Below are positions 27,901 through 36,603 of a stretch of 64,000 bases of DNA, one piece after another; position 1 is the stretch's first letter, and each line of letters opens with the position of its first letter. Source of the stretch: a virus (taxonomy: Duplodnaviria > Caudoviricetes). The stretch lies in the IMG/VR virus record IMGVR_UViG_3300002835_000097, positions 1-64,000 of that record, one strand, 5' to 3'. Under the pieces are notes generated by a model that worked only from the letters and a program-made list of their open reading frames with translations, was not told the DNA's origin and did no database searches. The translations under genes and the position numbers were made by a program.

Positions 27901-28188
27901 AATAGCGGTCAAATATTATCAGGAACAATTAATATAATAGGATCTCGTAGTGATGGTTCAGCAGTGGCTCGATATCTTAGACAATTTACTATAAAAAATG
28001 TTGGTGGAACAACCAGTTTAGTTGGATCTATAATAACACTAGGAACAGACGAGGCTGCTGGAACAAGTATCAGTATCACTGCTGACAATACAAATGACTT
28101 TTTAAGTATTAAAGTTACAGGAATAAGTAGTCAAACATGGAGATGGGTTGCTGTTGTTGATTGCATCAAAACAAAATATGGAACATGA
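24916..28188 (+). CDS. long fibre/adhesin with ~14-aa S-x-[IV]-x-GG-x-x-N repeats
   Basis: GNVGIGT repeats, then more than 20 STVGGG..N.A-type repeats at ~26700-27760 (beta-roll-like). Confidence 0.75.
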   Translation: MPDIIITPSSGIIDFFPVSTRVGRIEGSGNTINIINPSGFIAVSGSGLSINTSSPNATFHAYSATSGATLLNIEGTNGSLFSVIDNLSGTLMSVNNNAGLPVFEVFSDDRVVAGRFGQNDFIMTSGGNVGIGTGVPSSKFHVVGISTFNGDVSSTGSFIAGSGSATNPSFEFIEDVDTGMFSPASNVIGFATSGVERLRVDSVGNIGIGTVSPTSRLQVSGLITANSGNFTNSLQVNGTGVWHSGNFDSSNIVRTTGTQTISGVKTFSEGLKVVGNDAGIPIELGVSQDAIVLFGKTSNGLGIGSNSFNFSDSSTNVIDSRELLIGLNANDPILTISRGLLFAGNSGVGVINYYDNGAAVSANRLIFDVTPATTLASANTTLRTTTEDGNNIVVNLPNTSGTLALLTSINTSQITGTLPVNKGGTNITSYSNGQLLIGSGTSLVANTLSAGTGIAITNGSGTITINTSGLQTILTNPVTGTGTGASTSGYLPRWNSTSGLSNSIIYQSGNNIGIGTSTPSGQLHVIGSGIFSSGIIASNISVTDNMISATNTNGNLIIKPNASGALQADDAGNSRGIYSVDLQRSRVSVSGVAHGSYSVIGGGSNNNAMGPLCTIGGGSNNTAGGDYYPGNCSTIGGGENNIAVGEKSTVGGGSSNSAGGNYSIVGGGQSNSAGAPHSTVGGGIGNSAIANKSTISGGSYNSSSGEYSIVGGGRSNSAAGYISAVCGGNSNSASGSLSTVCGGDDNTAGADASTIAGGKTNTISAFANYSTIAGGQYNYTGSSYSSFYGLYAFVGGGYSNAIYSSYSTIGGGENNTIGSDTYSDSLFTKSVIGGGSNNTCDGVAATVGGGISNTASGYHCTVAGGFSNSASSYESTIGGGNSNSATATGSTVGGGRYNTASGNSDSVVCGGSNNLASGPGSTIAGGLSNTASGYASAVVGGIDALASSRGEISHATGKFADDGDAQHSIFVLRTKTTNNTATEMGLDGASVRLTINSGQILSGTINIIGSRSDGSAVARYLRQFTIKNVGGTTSLVGSIITLGTDEAAGTSISITADNTNDFLSIKVTGISSQTWRWVAVVDCIKTKYGT

Positions 28189-28190
28189 TA

Positions 28191-28991
28191 ATGAAAAATT
28201 TTATTTTTATTAGTGGTCTTCCTCGTTCTGGAAGCACACTTCTTTGTAATATATTAGCACAAAACGATAATTTATTTGTTAGTAAAGCTACTAGTGGATG
28301 TCATGATATATTATTTAATATACGAAATCAATGGGATAATTTAATCGAACATAAAGCAGAAGGAATTGATAAAAATCAATTAAAAAGAGTTCTACAGAGT
28401 GTGCTTAATAGCTATCATTCTACAGATAAAAATTTTATAGTAGATAAGGGTAGGGGCTGGCTAAGTTTGATAGAGATGGCCGAATTTATATTAGGATATA
28501 CTCCAAAGATCATAGTTCCTGTGCGAGATATGAAAGAAATTTTTAGTAGTTTTGAAAAACTATGGAGAAATAGTACAGGTTCTACTCAATGGCATTTTGA
28601 AAAAGAGGATTATTTTAAAAGTCAAACTATTGAAGGAAGATGTGATATTTTAGCTCATCAAAGCCAAGTTGTCGGATTAGCATACAATCGTGTTAAAGAT
28701 GCTATAAATAGAGGATATAAAAATAAATTATTTTTTGTTGAATTTGATGATTTAACACAAAAACCTAATGAAACCCTAAAACAAATATATAATTATTTGG
28801 AATTTCCAAACTTTCAACACGATTTTAATAATGTACAACAATATACTAAAGAAGACGATGATGGTGTTCATAGAATACCTGGTTTACATACGATAAGATC
28901 AGAAGTTAAATCTGTATACAAAGACAGTTTAGATATTTTAGGTAAAGAATTAGTAAATAAATATAGTAATCTAGAAATATGGAGAAATTAA
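28191..28991 (+). CDS. sulfotransferase family protein
   Basis: FISGLPRSGSTLL PAPS-binding loop, DK.R.W, PVRD....SS, VEFDDL..KP. Confidence 0.85.
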   Translation: MKNFIFISGLPRSGSTLLCNILAQNDNLFVSKATSGCHDILFNIRNQWDNLIEHKAEGIDKNQLKRVLQSVLNSYHSTDKNFIVDKGRGWLSLIEMAEFILGYTPKIIVPVRDMKEIFSSFEKLWRNSTGSTQWHFEKEDYFKSQTIEGRCDILAHQSQVVGLAYNRVKDAINRGYKNKLFFVEFDDLTQKPNETLKQIYNYLEFPNFQHDFNNVQQYTKEDDDGVHRIPGLHTIRSEVKSVYKDSLDILGKELVNKYSNLEIWRN

Positions 28992-28992
28992 T

Positions 28993-29328
28993 ATGAGCAT
29001 ACTAGATAATATCGGAGAGAATTCTATCTCAAACCAAGTTGCTAATAGAATTAAAAATCAAACCAGACAAACTTTTCAAAATATGGTTAATGCTTTTAAT
29101 GAAGGATCAAAAATCTTTTGGCAAAATCCTCGTGGACTAACACCAACACAAATAGCAGAGGCTCTAGGAACAGATGCTAGGGAAGTATTTGAATTACACT
29201 ATGCATTGGGACTATTAATTAATAGTATAAAACCAGAGAGTATACAAGAAGGTTGGGCCGCTATTGGCCAATTTACAATGAATGAAGATGGAACAGTAAC
29301 TGTGATTTCTACCAGTGGCAATCCATAA
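28993..29328 (+). CDS. hypothetical protein (111 aa)
   Basis: ORF tightly packed in operon. Confidence 0.7.
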   Translation: MSILDNIGENSISNQVANRIKNQTRQTFQNMVNAFNEGSKIFWQNPRGLTPTQIAEALGTDAREVFELHYALGLLINSIKPESIQEGWAAIGQFTMNEDGTVTVISTSGNP

Positions 29329-29338
29329 TAAATGTATG

Positions 29339-29346
29339 GGTGTATA
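29339..29346 (+). promoter_or_regulatory. candidate late promoter GGTGTATA
   Basis: Intergenic, 48 bp before ATG 29387. Confidence 0.55.
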
Positions 29347-29386
29347 CTATTATATACAGCATATACTCTAATAAAAAGGCCGTATT

Positions 29387-29896
29387 ATGTCATGGGATGC
29401 TGAAATACCAATAATAGTCAGAACACTAATTAACGATCTTGGTGATCAACCAACATATAGTGACGATAGAATAAAACAAATTATAGCCGTTGCTGCTAAA
29501 TATGTTCAATTTGATGTTGTTCTTGACCATTCTTACAATGTAGATGTGATAGAAGGTAACATTAGTCCTGATCCAACTGATCATAATGATGAAATTTTTA
29601 TTAGCTTAGTTTCTCTTAAAGCTGCTTGTATTATTGATCAAAGTGTTCTAAGAACAAAGGCCGCTTTAGAGGGTATAAGAGCATCACTTGGGTCGGCAAC
29701 ATTGACAGTAAAAGGAAGTTTGGAAGGATTCATAAAGATACTAGAAAAAGGACCATGTGCATCATATGATGAATTGACTTCTCACTGGGATGTCAGTCAG
29801 GCTACTGCCATTAGAGCAATTCTTAGTCCGTTTGTTGGTAATAAATTTGACCCACGATCACTATTCTCTGATAACAGAGGAAGAGATTTATATTAA
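29387..29896 (+). CDS. putative head-tail adaptor / head completion protein
   Basis: IVRTLINDL....YSDDRI helical N-terminus resembling adaptor proteins; size and position. Confidence 0.55.
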   Translation: MSWDAEIPIIVRTLINDLGDQPTYSDDRIKQIIAVAAKYVQFDVVLDHSYNVDVIEGNISPDPTDHNDEIFISLVSLKAACIIDQSVLRTKAALEGIRASLGSATLTVKGSLEGFIKILEKGPCASYDELTSHWDVSQATAIRAILSPFVGNKFDPRSLFSDNRGRDLY

Positions 29897-29908
29897 TAAG
29901 GAAGTTTT

Positions 29909-30868
29909 ATGGCAGCAGTAAATTACAATTTTCCTATAGAACAAGGTAGTGATTTTGAAGTTAATTTTCAATATAATGACTCTAATGGTCAGCCAGTAAA
30001 TCTCGGAGATAGTAATACATCTTGCGTTGTTATGCAAATTATTCCAAATTCTGGTGACTCTTTTGGATTTTCTACTAAAAAAATTGGTAACACATCGTTA
30101 TTTTCTAACGACAAAGGATTAATAACATTAAAAATTAGTAATGCTTTAACACAAAGTTTTCAATTTGATAATGCTATTTATGATCTTGATGTTCTTATTG
30201 GAGACAAAATAACTAGATTGGTCTATGGTACTATTAATATAATTAAAAGACAAACACCATTTCCTAATTGTATTCTTAGTACCCCCTCAACAAACGGTAA
30301 CGATACCCCATCAACAACTCCAGTTCCGTCAGAATCTTTAACAGAATTCCAAAATTTATGTTTAGATACAGATTGCTTGAATCTAGATATTTATTCCACA
30401 GCATATCAAGGATCAGGATTAATAATAAACGATTTATCAATATCAAATAGTAATATAACGACCACAAATACTAATAATATAGAAAATATAGAAGTTGTTA
30501 TAAATAATCTAAATCATACATCTCCACAAGATTTACAAATATTTTTAGCTCCACCGTCCGGTAATAAGATACTATTATCTGCAAATCATAAAATGCCAAA
30601 AACTAATTTTAATTTTATGTTTTCTAATAAAGCACTACCAACATCTTATGTATATAATATTAATAATGGATCATATTGTAATATATACGACAAAACTGAC
30701 ATAGTTAAATATTCTAATGAAACTTTATCATCAAATTTTGGATATCTTATTGGACACAGCATAACCGGAGTATGGTCATTATTAATCAAAGACACCGATC
30801 CGGATGCATCTCCTGTAGGATCAGGTTATATGGATGGATGGAAACTAGTAGTAACTTATCAGCCCTAA
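29909..30868 (+). CDS. BppU-N-like domain plus proprotein-convertase P-domain-like protein
   Basis: N-terminal IEQGSDF...YDLDV; C-terminal LNHTSPQDLQIFLAPPSG...ITGVWSLLIKD...GYMDGWKL. Confidence 0.65.
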   Translation: MAAVNYNFPIEQGSDFEVNFQYNDSNGQPVNLGDSNTSCVVMQIIPNSGDSFGFSTKKIGNTSLFSNDKGLITLKISNALTQSFQFDNAIYDLDVLIGDKITRLVYGTINIIKRQTPFPNCILSTPSTNGNDTPSTTPVPSESLTEFQNLCLDTDCLNLDIYSTAYQGSGLIINDLSISNSNITTTNTNNIENIEVVINNLNHTSPQDLQIFLAPPSGNKILLSANHKMPKTNFNFMFSNKALPTSYVYNINNGSYCNIYDKTDIVKYSNETLSSNFGYLIGHSITGVWSLLIKDTDPDASPVGSGYMDGWKLVVTYQP

Positions 30869-30904
30869 CTCAAATAATAAACCAGAAGGGTGGCAAGTAT
30901 ATTA

Positions 30905-32968
30905 ATGACTCAATTTCATAATGTAAGATCTATTACTCAAAAAGATAAAATTTCTTCATTAGAAGATAATTTAAAATCATTCTTAGATTGGTCTTTTTTG
31001 AATATAGGTGGTTTTGTTAATGTGCCAAATCCTTCTCCAGCAATATCCGGAACATCTGGATTTCATGTTCTTAAACTAGCACCAGATCCAACAGTAGTAG
31101 GAAGCAGATTATGGCAGTCTATCCGTAAAGATTGGGTATATGAGTCAGGAGTAAACTATAACAGTACGGCCCCGTCAGTATTTTCTGGATTATATCTAAA
31201 TAATATTTTTCTACCGGCGCCAACAGGAAGCGGAGGATACGGATACTCTGTTAACTATCCTCTTGGACAAATAAAATTTAATAATGCAGTATCATCATCT
31301 AGTTCTGTTATTGCTAGCTATTCTTATAGATATATACAAACATATAAAGCTAGCGATTCTATTTGGTGGAAAGAAGTACAAAAAGAGACATACAGTCCCT
31401 CAAATTATAAAGCAAATGGAGACTATGCTATAACCTCTATTCATAGAGTTCAATTGCCAGCAATAATTTTAGAATTAGCTCCCAGCACCAAACTCAAACC
31501 GTATGAATTAGGTACTACAGAAAATATTTGGACTCAAGAAATATTTCTTCATATTTTTGCACAATCTGCTACTCAACGAAATACTATAATAGATATATTA
31601 ATAGCACAAAAAGATAAAGTTCTTCATCTATATGATTCTGACGCTGTTGCAAAAACACTTTCTTTTGGACTAGATAAATATGGGGCAATCAATCCTAATG
31701 GTAAAAATTATCCACAATTAGTAGATGAATTTCAATATAATTATTTTACTATTATTAATACTTCATTAGGTGAATTAAATACACTTAGTAGCACTTTATA
31801 TAATGGAATAGTAAGATGGTCTATAGAGATATTGCCTTACCACAAGACACAAACAACACCAACTCCAACTTCTACTATTGTAACGGGCACAACTCCGCTT
31901 GTCACGCCCACTGTGACTTCTACTCCAGCACTGGGTGTTAGTCCTACACCAACATCTACTAAAGCACCAAGTGCTAGTCCCACAGTAACGCCTACTAAAA
32001 CACCAACTGCAACTTCTACTCTCCCTATGAGCGTTAGTCCTACGCCAACACCCACTAAGACACAAACTGTTACTCCTACTACAACTCTAATTAATATTGT
32101 AAATAATTTTATAGCAATTGCAGATAATTCTAATGTAACAGCGTTAAGTAGTAATAATGGGTCCTCATGGTCACTTAATAATCTAACAGCCACCAGATCA
32201 TGGAAAGATGTAGCTTATGGAGCCTCTAAATTTATTGCTTGTGCATATGGTAGTTCAGATTACGAATATTCGACAAATGGTATAACATGGACTAGCTCAA
32301 ATTTTAATGTAACAAATGTTAATAATCAATGGACATGTATAACTTATGCCAATAATAAATTTATTATATTAGCAAACTCCTCTGCCAATGGAATAATATC
32401 AACAGATGGTATAAATTGGACAAAGTTTACATTGCCGTTTCAAATTTATATTGGTGGACCAAATGCCCCATCAGCGTCCAGTTGGAACGGCTGTGCATAC
32501 GGTAATGGTATTTTTGTAGCAATGAATTATAATTCGTCAACCATTGCAACATCCACTGATGGCATAACATGGACACAAAGATCTTTACCAATCACAAATA
32601 ACTGGAACGATATTATTTATGGAGATAAATTCGCTATAGTTGCTTCACAAACTGATAAAATAGCATACAGCACAAATGGCATATCATGGACAACAGCTGA
32701 TCTTCCCGAATCTGCAGGATGGAAATCTATAGCATATGGTAATAACACTTATGTTGCTATAGGATATAATTTAGCTAATATTATAGTATCTAATGACCTA
32801 ATAAATTGGACTAGTAATATAGTATTAAATGGACCATGGAATAAAATTATTTACAAAAATAATACTTTTATTATTATAGGAAGTACCACCACAGTATTAA
32901 CATCAACGAATGGAATAAACTGGACTCAAAGATCAATAGATAATTATAATTGGATTAATCTTACATAA
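30905..32968 (+). CDS. neck/tail-terminator-like protein with Pro/Thr linker and beta-propeller
   Basis: Structural N-domain (VQLPAIILE...IFLHIFA), PTPT linker ~31850-32085, repeated W..IAYG..F / STDGI.WT blades. Confidence 0.6.
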   Translation: MTQFHNVRSITQKDKISSLEDNLKSFLDWSFLNIGGFVNVPNPSPAISGTSGFHVLKLAPDPTVVGSRLWQSIRKDWVYESGVNYNSTAPSVFSGLYLNNIFLPAPTGSGGYGYSVNYPLGQIKFNNAVSSSSSVIASYSYRYIQTYKASDSIWWKEVQKETYSPSNYKANGDYAITSIHRVQLPAIILELAPSTKLKPYELGTTENIWTQEIFLHIFAQSATQRNTIIDILIAQKDKVLHLYDSDAVAKTLSFGLDKYGAINPNGKNYPQLVDEFQYNYFTIINTSLGELNTLSSTLYNGIVRWSIEILPYHKTQTTPTPTSTIVTGTTPLVTPTVTSTPALGVSPTPTSTKAPSASPTVTPTKTPTATSTLPMSVSPTPTPTKTQTVTPTTTLINIVNNFIAIADNSNVTALSSNNGSSWSLNNLTATRSWKDVAYGASKFIACAYGSSDYEYSTNGITWTSSNFNVTNVNNQWTCITYANNKFIILANSSANGIISTDGINWTKFTLPFQIYIGGPNAPSASSWNGCAYGNGIFVAMNYNSSTIATSTDGITWTQRSLPITNNWNDIIYGDKFAIVASQTDKIAYSTNGISWTTADLPESAGWKSIAYGNNTYVAIGYNLANIIVSNDLINWTSNIVLNGPWNKIIYKNNTFIIIGSTTTVLTSTNGINWTQRSIDNYNWINLT

Positions 32969-32984
32969 TTAAAGGGAAAAATAA

Positions 32985-33215
32985 ATGAATTTAACTTATT
33001 CAATAGATAGTAATAATTTTTCTGTTAAAATATATTCTGACGATAGACCAGAACCAATTATATATCAGCCAGATTGGCCAAATGGGACAGCATGGTCATC
33101 GGCAGCAGAAGCAGAATCATGGGCTCAGTTGTGCATACAAGCAATAATTGATGAGAATGCCCCGTATGCTCCAGCCGGTCCAGGATTAGCAGGAGAACCT
33201 AAAAAGTTATCATAA
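32985..33215 (+). CDS. hypothetical protein (76 aa)
   Basis: ORF with GGGA RBS. Confidence 0.65.
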   Translation: MNLTYSIDSNNFSVKIYSDDRPEPIIYQPDWPNGTAWSSAAEAESWAQLCIQAIIDENAPYAPAGPGLAGEPKKLS

Positions 33216-33217
33216 TA

Positions 33218-33412
33218 ATGAATATAACATTACAAACTAATATTACAAAAGTTGCACTAGAAATTTATCAAAAAGATTTATCTGTAAATCTTATAGACTT
33301 AATTAATAAAACCATTTATATATCTAATACTAGTACAACATTGTATGGACTAGTTATTGAATCGTTAATAGATATTAAAGACACAACATCCTCAGATATA
33401 ATTTATATATAA
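33218..33412 (+). CDS. hypothetical protein (64 aa)
   Basis: Fills operon gap exactly. Confidence 0.5.
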   Translation: MNITLQTNITKVALEIYQKDLSVNLIDLINKTIYISNTSTTLYGLVIESLIDIKDTTSSDIIYI

Positions 33413-33413
33413 A

Positions 33414-33935
33414 ATGAATAATTTATTTGGTAAAGAATTTAAAAACCTGTATAAAGATGCTATAAATATATTACTGGATAGCAGTGGCCTAACTGTGCCA
33501 TGTACTTTGAGATACACAGGAATTAATAGCCCAATATATTGCAATAATTGTATTTTTGATAGCATATCACAATTATCTACTAATAAATATAACGGCACAG
33601 GACCAGTATCATTTACAGAAGGAACTATTTGTCCTGTTTGCATGGGAATGGGAATGATGCAATCTAATATTGGTACAGAAGTTGTCTACCTTGCTTGTAT
33701 TTTTGATAGCAAACATTGGATAAATTGGTCATCAAAAACATTGAATATACCTGACTCAATGGTTCAAACAATATGTAAAATTGAATTATTGCCAAAATTA
33801 AGAAATGCTACAGAATTAGTTGTAGATAATAGTATTAATAAATATGGTAATTTTGTATATGAAAGACATGGAGATCCTGAACTTGCGGGATTAGGAGACA
33901 ATGCTTATATAATTTGTATGTGGAAAAGAAAATGA
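33414..33935 (+). CDS. putative head-closure protein with CxxC...CxxC
   Basis: CNNC and CPVC.G.G; position in neck module. Confidence 0.5.
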   Translation: MNNLFGKEFKNLYKDAINILLDSSGLTVPCTLRYTGINSPIYCNNCIFDSISQLSTNKYNGTGPVSFTEGTICPVCMGMGMMQSNIGTEVVYLACIFDSKHWINWSSKTLNIPDSMVQTICKIELLPKLRNATELVVDNSINKYGNFVYERHGDPELAGLGDNAYIICMWKRK

Positions 33936-34576
33936 AAATATCTTTAACTTTACTAGAAACAGATAGTAAAATTAAAGACTTGATACTTATTGAAATTAAA
34001 AAAGTTATTGATAATGCTATAAATAAATCAATTAAAATTATTTCTAATGAAATTAAATTTTTGATAGCAGAAGCACTAAGATCTCAACCAGAATATTCTT
34101 CTTTAATGGCAGGAACATTAAAAGCAGAGTTTGGAATATCAAATCCAGGATCAATACCTCTAGTAATAGATGCATTAATAGATACCTTAGATGTTAAAAA
34201 TTCAAATACAAAAATATCTTCAAATGGTATAATAGGTGGTTTTACTATAACTATGATGAAATCCGATGATATGAACGGCGTTATATCAGCAAATATAGCT
34301 ACTGTTTCAGATGAAAATAAAGGATATGTGCTTCCTTGGTTAGAATGGTTATTATATGGAGGAAATGAAATAATAGTACAAAATTATGAAGTTGTTTATG
34401 GTAATTTCTCATATTCTAGATCTGGCATGGCAATTATGAAACCTTCTAGCGGAGCATGGAAAGTACCATCGGAATTTGCAGGAACAGAGGATAATAATTG
34501 GACTACTAGAGCTATTAATAGTGTAGAAGATAATATATATAAAATTATACAAAAAAATATAGAACAATATTTATAA
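33932..34576 (+). CDS. putative neck/tail-completion protein
   Basis: Position before tail tubes; LPWLEWLL...SRSG.AIM...WKVP..FAGT.DNNW.TRA. Confidence 0.5.
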   Translation: MKISLTLLETDSKIKDLILIEIKKVIDNAINKSIKIISNEIKFLIAEALRSQPEYSSLMAGTLKAEFGISNPGSIPLVIDALIDTLDVKNSNTKISSNGIIGGFTITMMKSDDMNGVISANIATVSDENKGYVLPWLEWLLYGGNEIIVQNYEVVYGNFSYSRSGMAIMKPSSGAWKVPSEFAGTEDNNWTTRAINSVEDNIYKIIQKNIEQYL

Positions 34577-34585
34577 GGAATATTT

Positions 34586-35338
34586 ATGGTAAATACAAAA
34601 TGTTGTGAATGTATGTTTGCTAGTCCAGTAGAAGATTCGAATACATTAAAAGGATGTTCAAAAGATATTATATCTAAAATTATGAATATTAAAGAAATAT
34701 CTATTGATGAGAATGGATATAATCATATTCAAAATTATGCTTGTAGATATGGATTTTCTCAAAATATATATAACCAATATAAAGAAAATTTTATAGATGG
34801 ATCTTTAGAACAAATGATAAATACTAATACTTTAATTAGACTATATTTAATAATTGATTGTTCTGATCCTTCTATTGATTTTGATAATATTATTGCCAAA
34901 CTATCCAACTTAGATATTCCGCCAGTTGCAATATCTTTTATGTTCAGATCAAGGTCATTTAGGCCATTTTTACCTGAAAAACACAATGATCTTTGCAACT
35001 CCTTACTGAAAAACTGTAAGTGGAAAGCTCATAATTTTTTATATGATATAGTAATAGATGATGCTATTAGTCATGTCTTATCTACCAATGCTAAAATGAA
35101 TAACAGTTATTATTTTTTGGTGTATGATGGTAGTAGAATTGATCAATTAAATACAGATATAATAAATATTAATGATAATGTTATATTATATCAAAAACCC
35201 ATGATAGCCATGATTGAAAGCCAAGACGCTTTACATAAATTTTTTATGAGTTTTGATAATTATGCAGTTTCCAAAGAAATCTCACATAGCTTATTAGAGT
35301 CAATAAAGAAAGAACAAAACAATATAATTTATTACTAA
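34586..35338 (+). CDS. hypothetical protein (250 aa)
   Basis: ORF with AAGGA RBS; Cys-rich N-terminus. Confidence 0.7.
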   Translation: MVNTKCCECMFASPVEDSNTLKGCSKDIISKIMNIKEISIDENGYNHIQNYACRYGFSQNIYNQYKENFIDGSLEQMINTNTLIRLYLIIDCSDPSIDFDNIIAKLSNLDIPPVAISFMFRSRSFRPFLPEKHNDLCNSLLKNCKWKAHNFLYDIVIDDAISHVLSTNAKMNNSYYFLVYDGSRIDQLNTDIININDNVILYQKPMIAMIESQDALHKFFMSFDNYAVSKEISHSLLESIKKEQNNIIYY

Positions 35339-35344
35339 GTATTT

Positions 35345-35352
35345 GGTGTATT
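35345..35352 (+). promoter_or_regulatory. candidate late promoter GGTGTATT
   Basis: Intergenic, 44 bp before first tail-tube gene. Confidence 0.5.
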
Positions 35353-35388
35353 CTATAAAATATACATCCTATTTCGCGGGAGTTTACA

Positions 35389-36603
35389 ATGCCGAACAAC
35401 AGAATTTATTATGCTTCTCAGGTTGCTCAGTTAAGACCATGTAATGATACTGGATCCAGCGTAACAAGCTATTGGTATAATCCTCTAGGTGTTCAAAGCG
35501 TTGGTATGACAACAAATTTTAACCGAGAACAAACTTTTCAACTAGGAACAGTAGAAATATATGATAATGTTGAAACCGTTCCAGAAGTTGAAGTAACTAT
35601 CAACAAAATAATAGATAGTACTAGTCCTTTATATTTAATGGCAATGGGCGGTGGCGGCGGGATAGGAGATGCCATAAATGCTAGTTTAGTCTCATTATCA
35701 AATAATAGAGTTCATTTTCGTTTAGGAATTTATGAAGATAACAAACAATTCACAGAAGATGCAGCAGCTTCATATGTTGTATGCACAGGAATGTATTTGT
35801 CTAGTTTTAATTATACATTGCCAGTAGAAGGAAATGCTACTGAAGAAATTACACTTGTAGGAAATCACAAAAGATGGAATTATAATTATCCTGGAATAAA
35901 CACTGGAGCACCTTCAGTTGGTGATACATTTACTCAAGGAAAAGTAGCGAATGGAGTAAGACCATCAAGTAGTAGTGGAATTTTACGTAGACAATATTTT
36001 AATATTCAACAATCAACACTTCCTGTTGGAACAGGTGGCATTGGTGGTCCAACATACTCCAAATTACCTCATATTCAAAATATTACCATGAGTTCTAATC
36101 TTGGAAGAGAAAGTATCAATCAATTAGGTAAATTTAGTCCATATTGTAGATATGCAACATTTCCTATTGAAGTTACTAGCGAATTTGAAATTATTGCAGA
36201 AGATGGCGATGGTTTAGATTTCAAAGACTTTAGTGGTGATAGTTTTTGCGGAACATCTAAAACTAATTTAGCATACAAAACTATTAGATTAGCCATTTGT
36301 GACTTTGACCATACTAATGGTAGTAATTCTATGGTTTTTGATCTTGGGTCAAAAAATACATTAACTGCAGTTAATTATGCTGGCGGCGATACTGGTGGTG
36401 GAAATGCCACAGTAACATATAGTTTTAGAAATTTCAATGACTTTAAAATAGATGCTAGTGGTACGTATGCTAAGGGAGTTACTATCAATGACGATGATAA
36501 TGCTGTTAATGTTCAACAAATAAATAATCCCACAGTGTCGGCCACCACACCAGCATCAACTTCCACATTAGAATCAAATACTGGAGATATTTATAATGGG
36601 TAA
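35389..36603 (+). CDS. tail tube / major tail protein, paralog 1
   Basis: GVQSVG...FQLG...PEVEVT, LGRE.INQLG...FPIEVTSEFE, GGDTGGGNATVTY; upstream of chaperones and TMP. Confidence 0.7.
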   Translation: MPNNRIYYASQVAQLRPCNDTGSSVTSYWYNPLGVQSVGMTTNFNREQTFQLGTVEIYDNVETVPEVEVTINKIIDSTSPLYLMAMGGGGGIGDAINASLVSLSNNRVHFRLGIYEDNKQFTEDAAASYVVCTGMYLSSFNYTLPVEGNATEEITLVGNHKRWNYNYPGINTGAPSVGDTFTQGKVANGVRPSSSSGILRRQYFNIQQSTLPVGTGGIGGPTYSKLPHIQNITMSSNLGRESINQLGKFSPYCRYATFPIEVTSEFEIIAEDGDGLDFKDFSGDSFCGTSKTNLAYKTIRLAICDFDHTNGSNSMVFDLGSKNTLTAVNYAGGDTGGGNATVTYSFRNFNDFKIDASGTYAKGVTINDDDNAVNVQQINNPTVSATTPASTSTLESNTGDIYNG

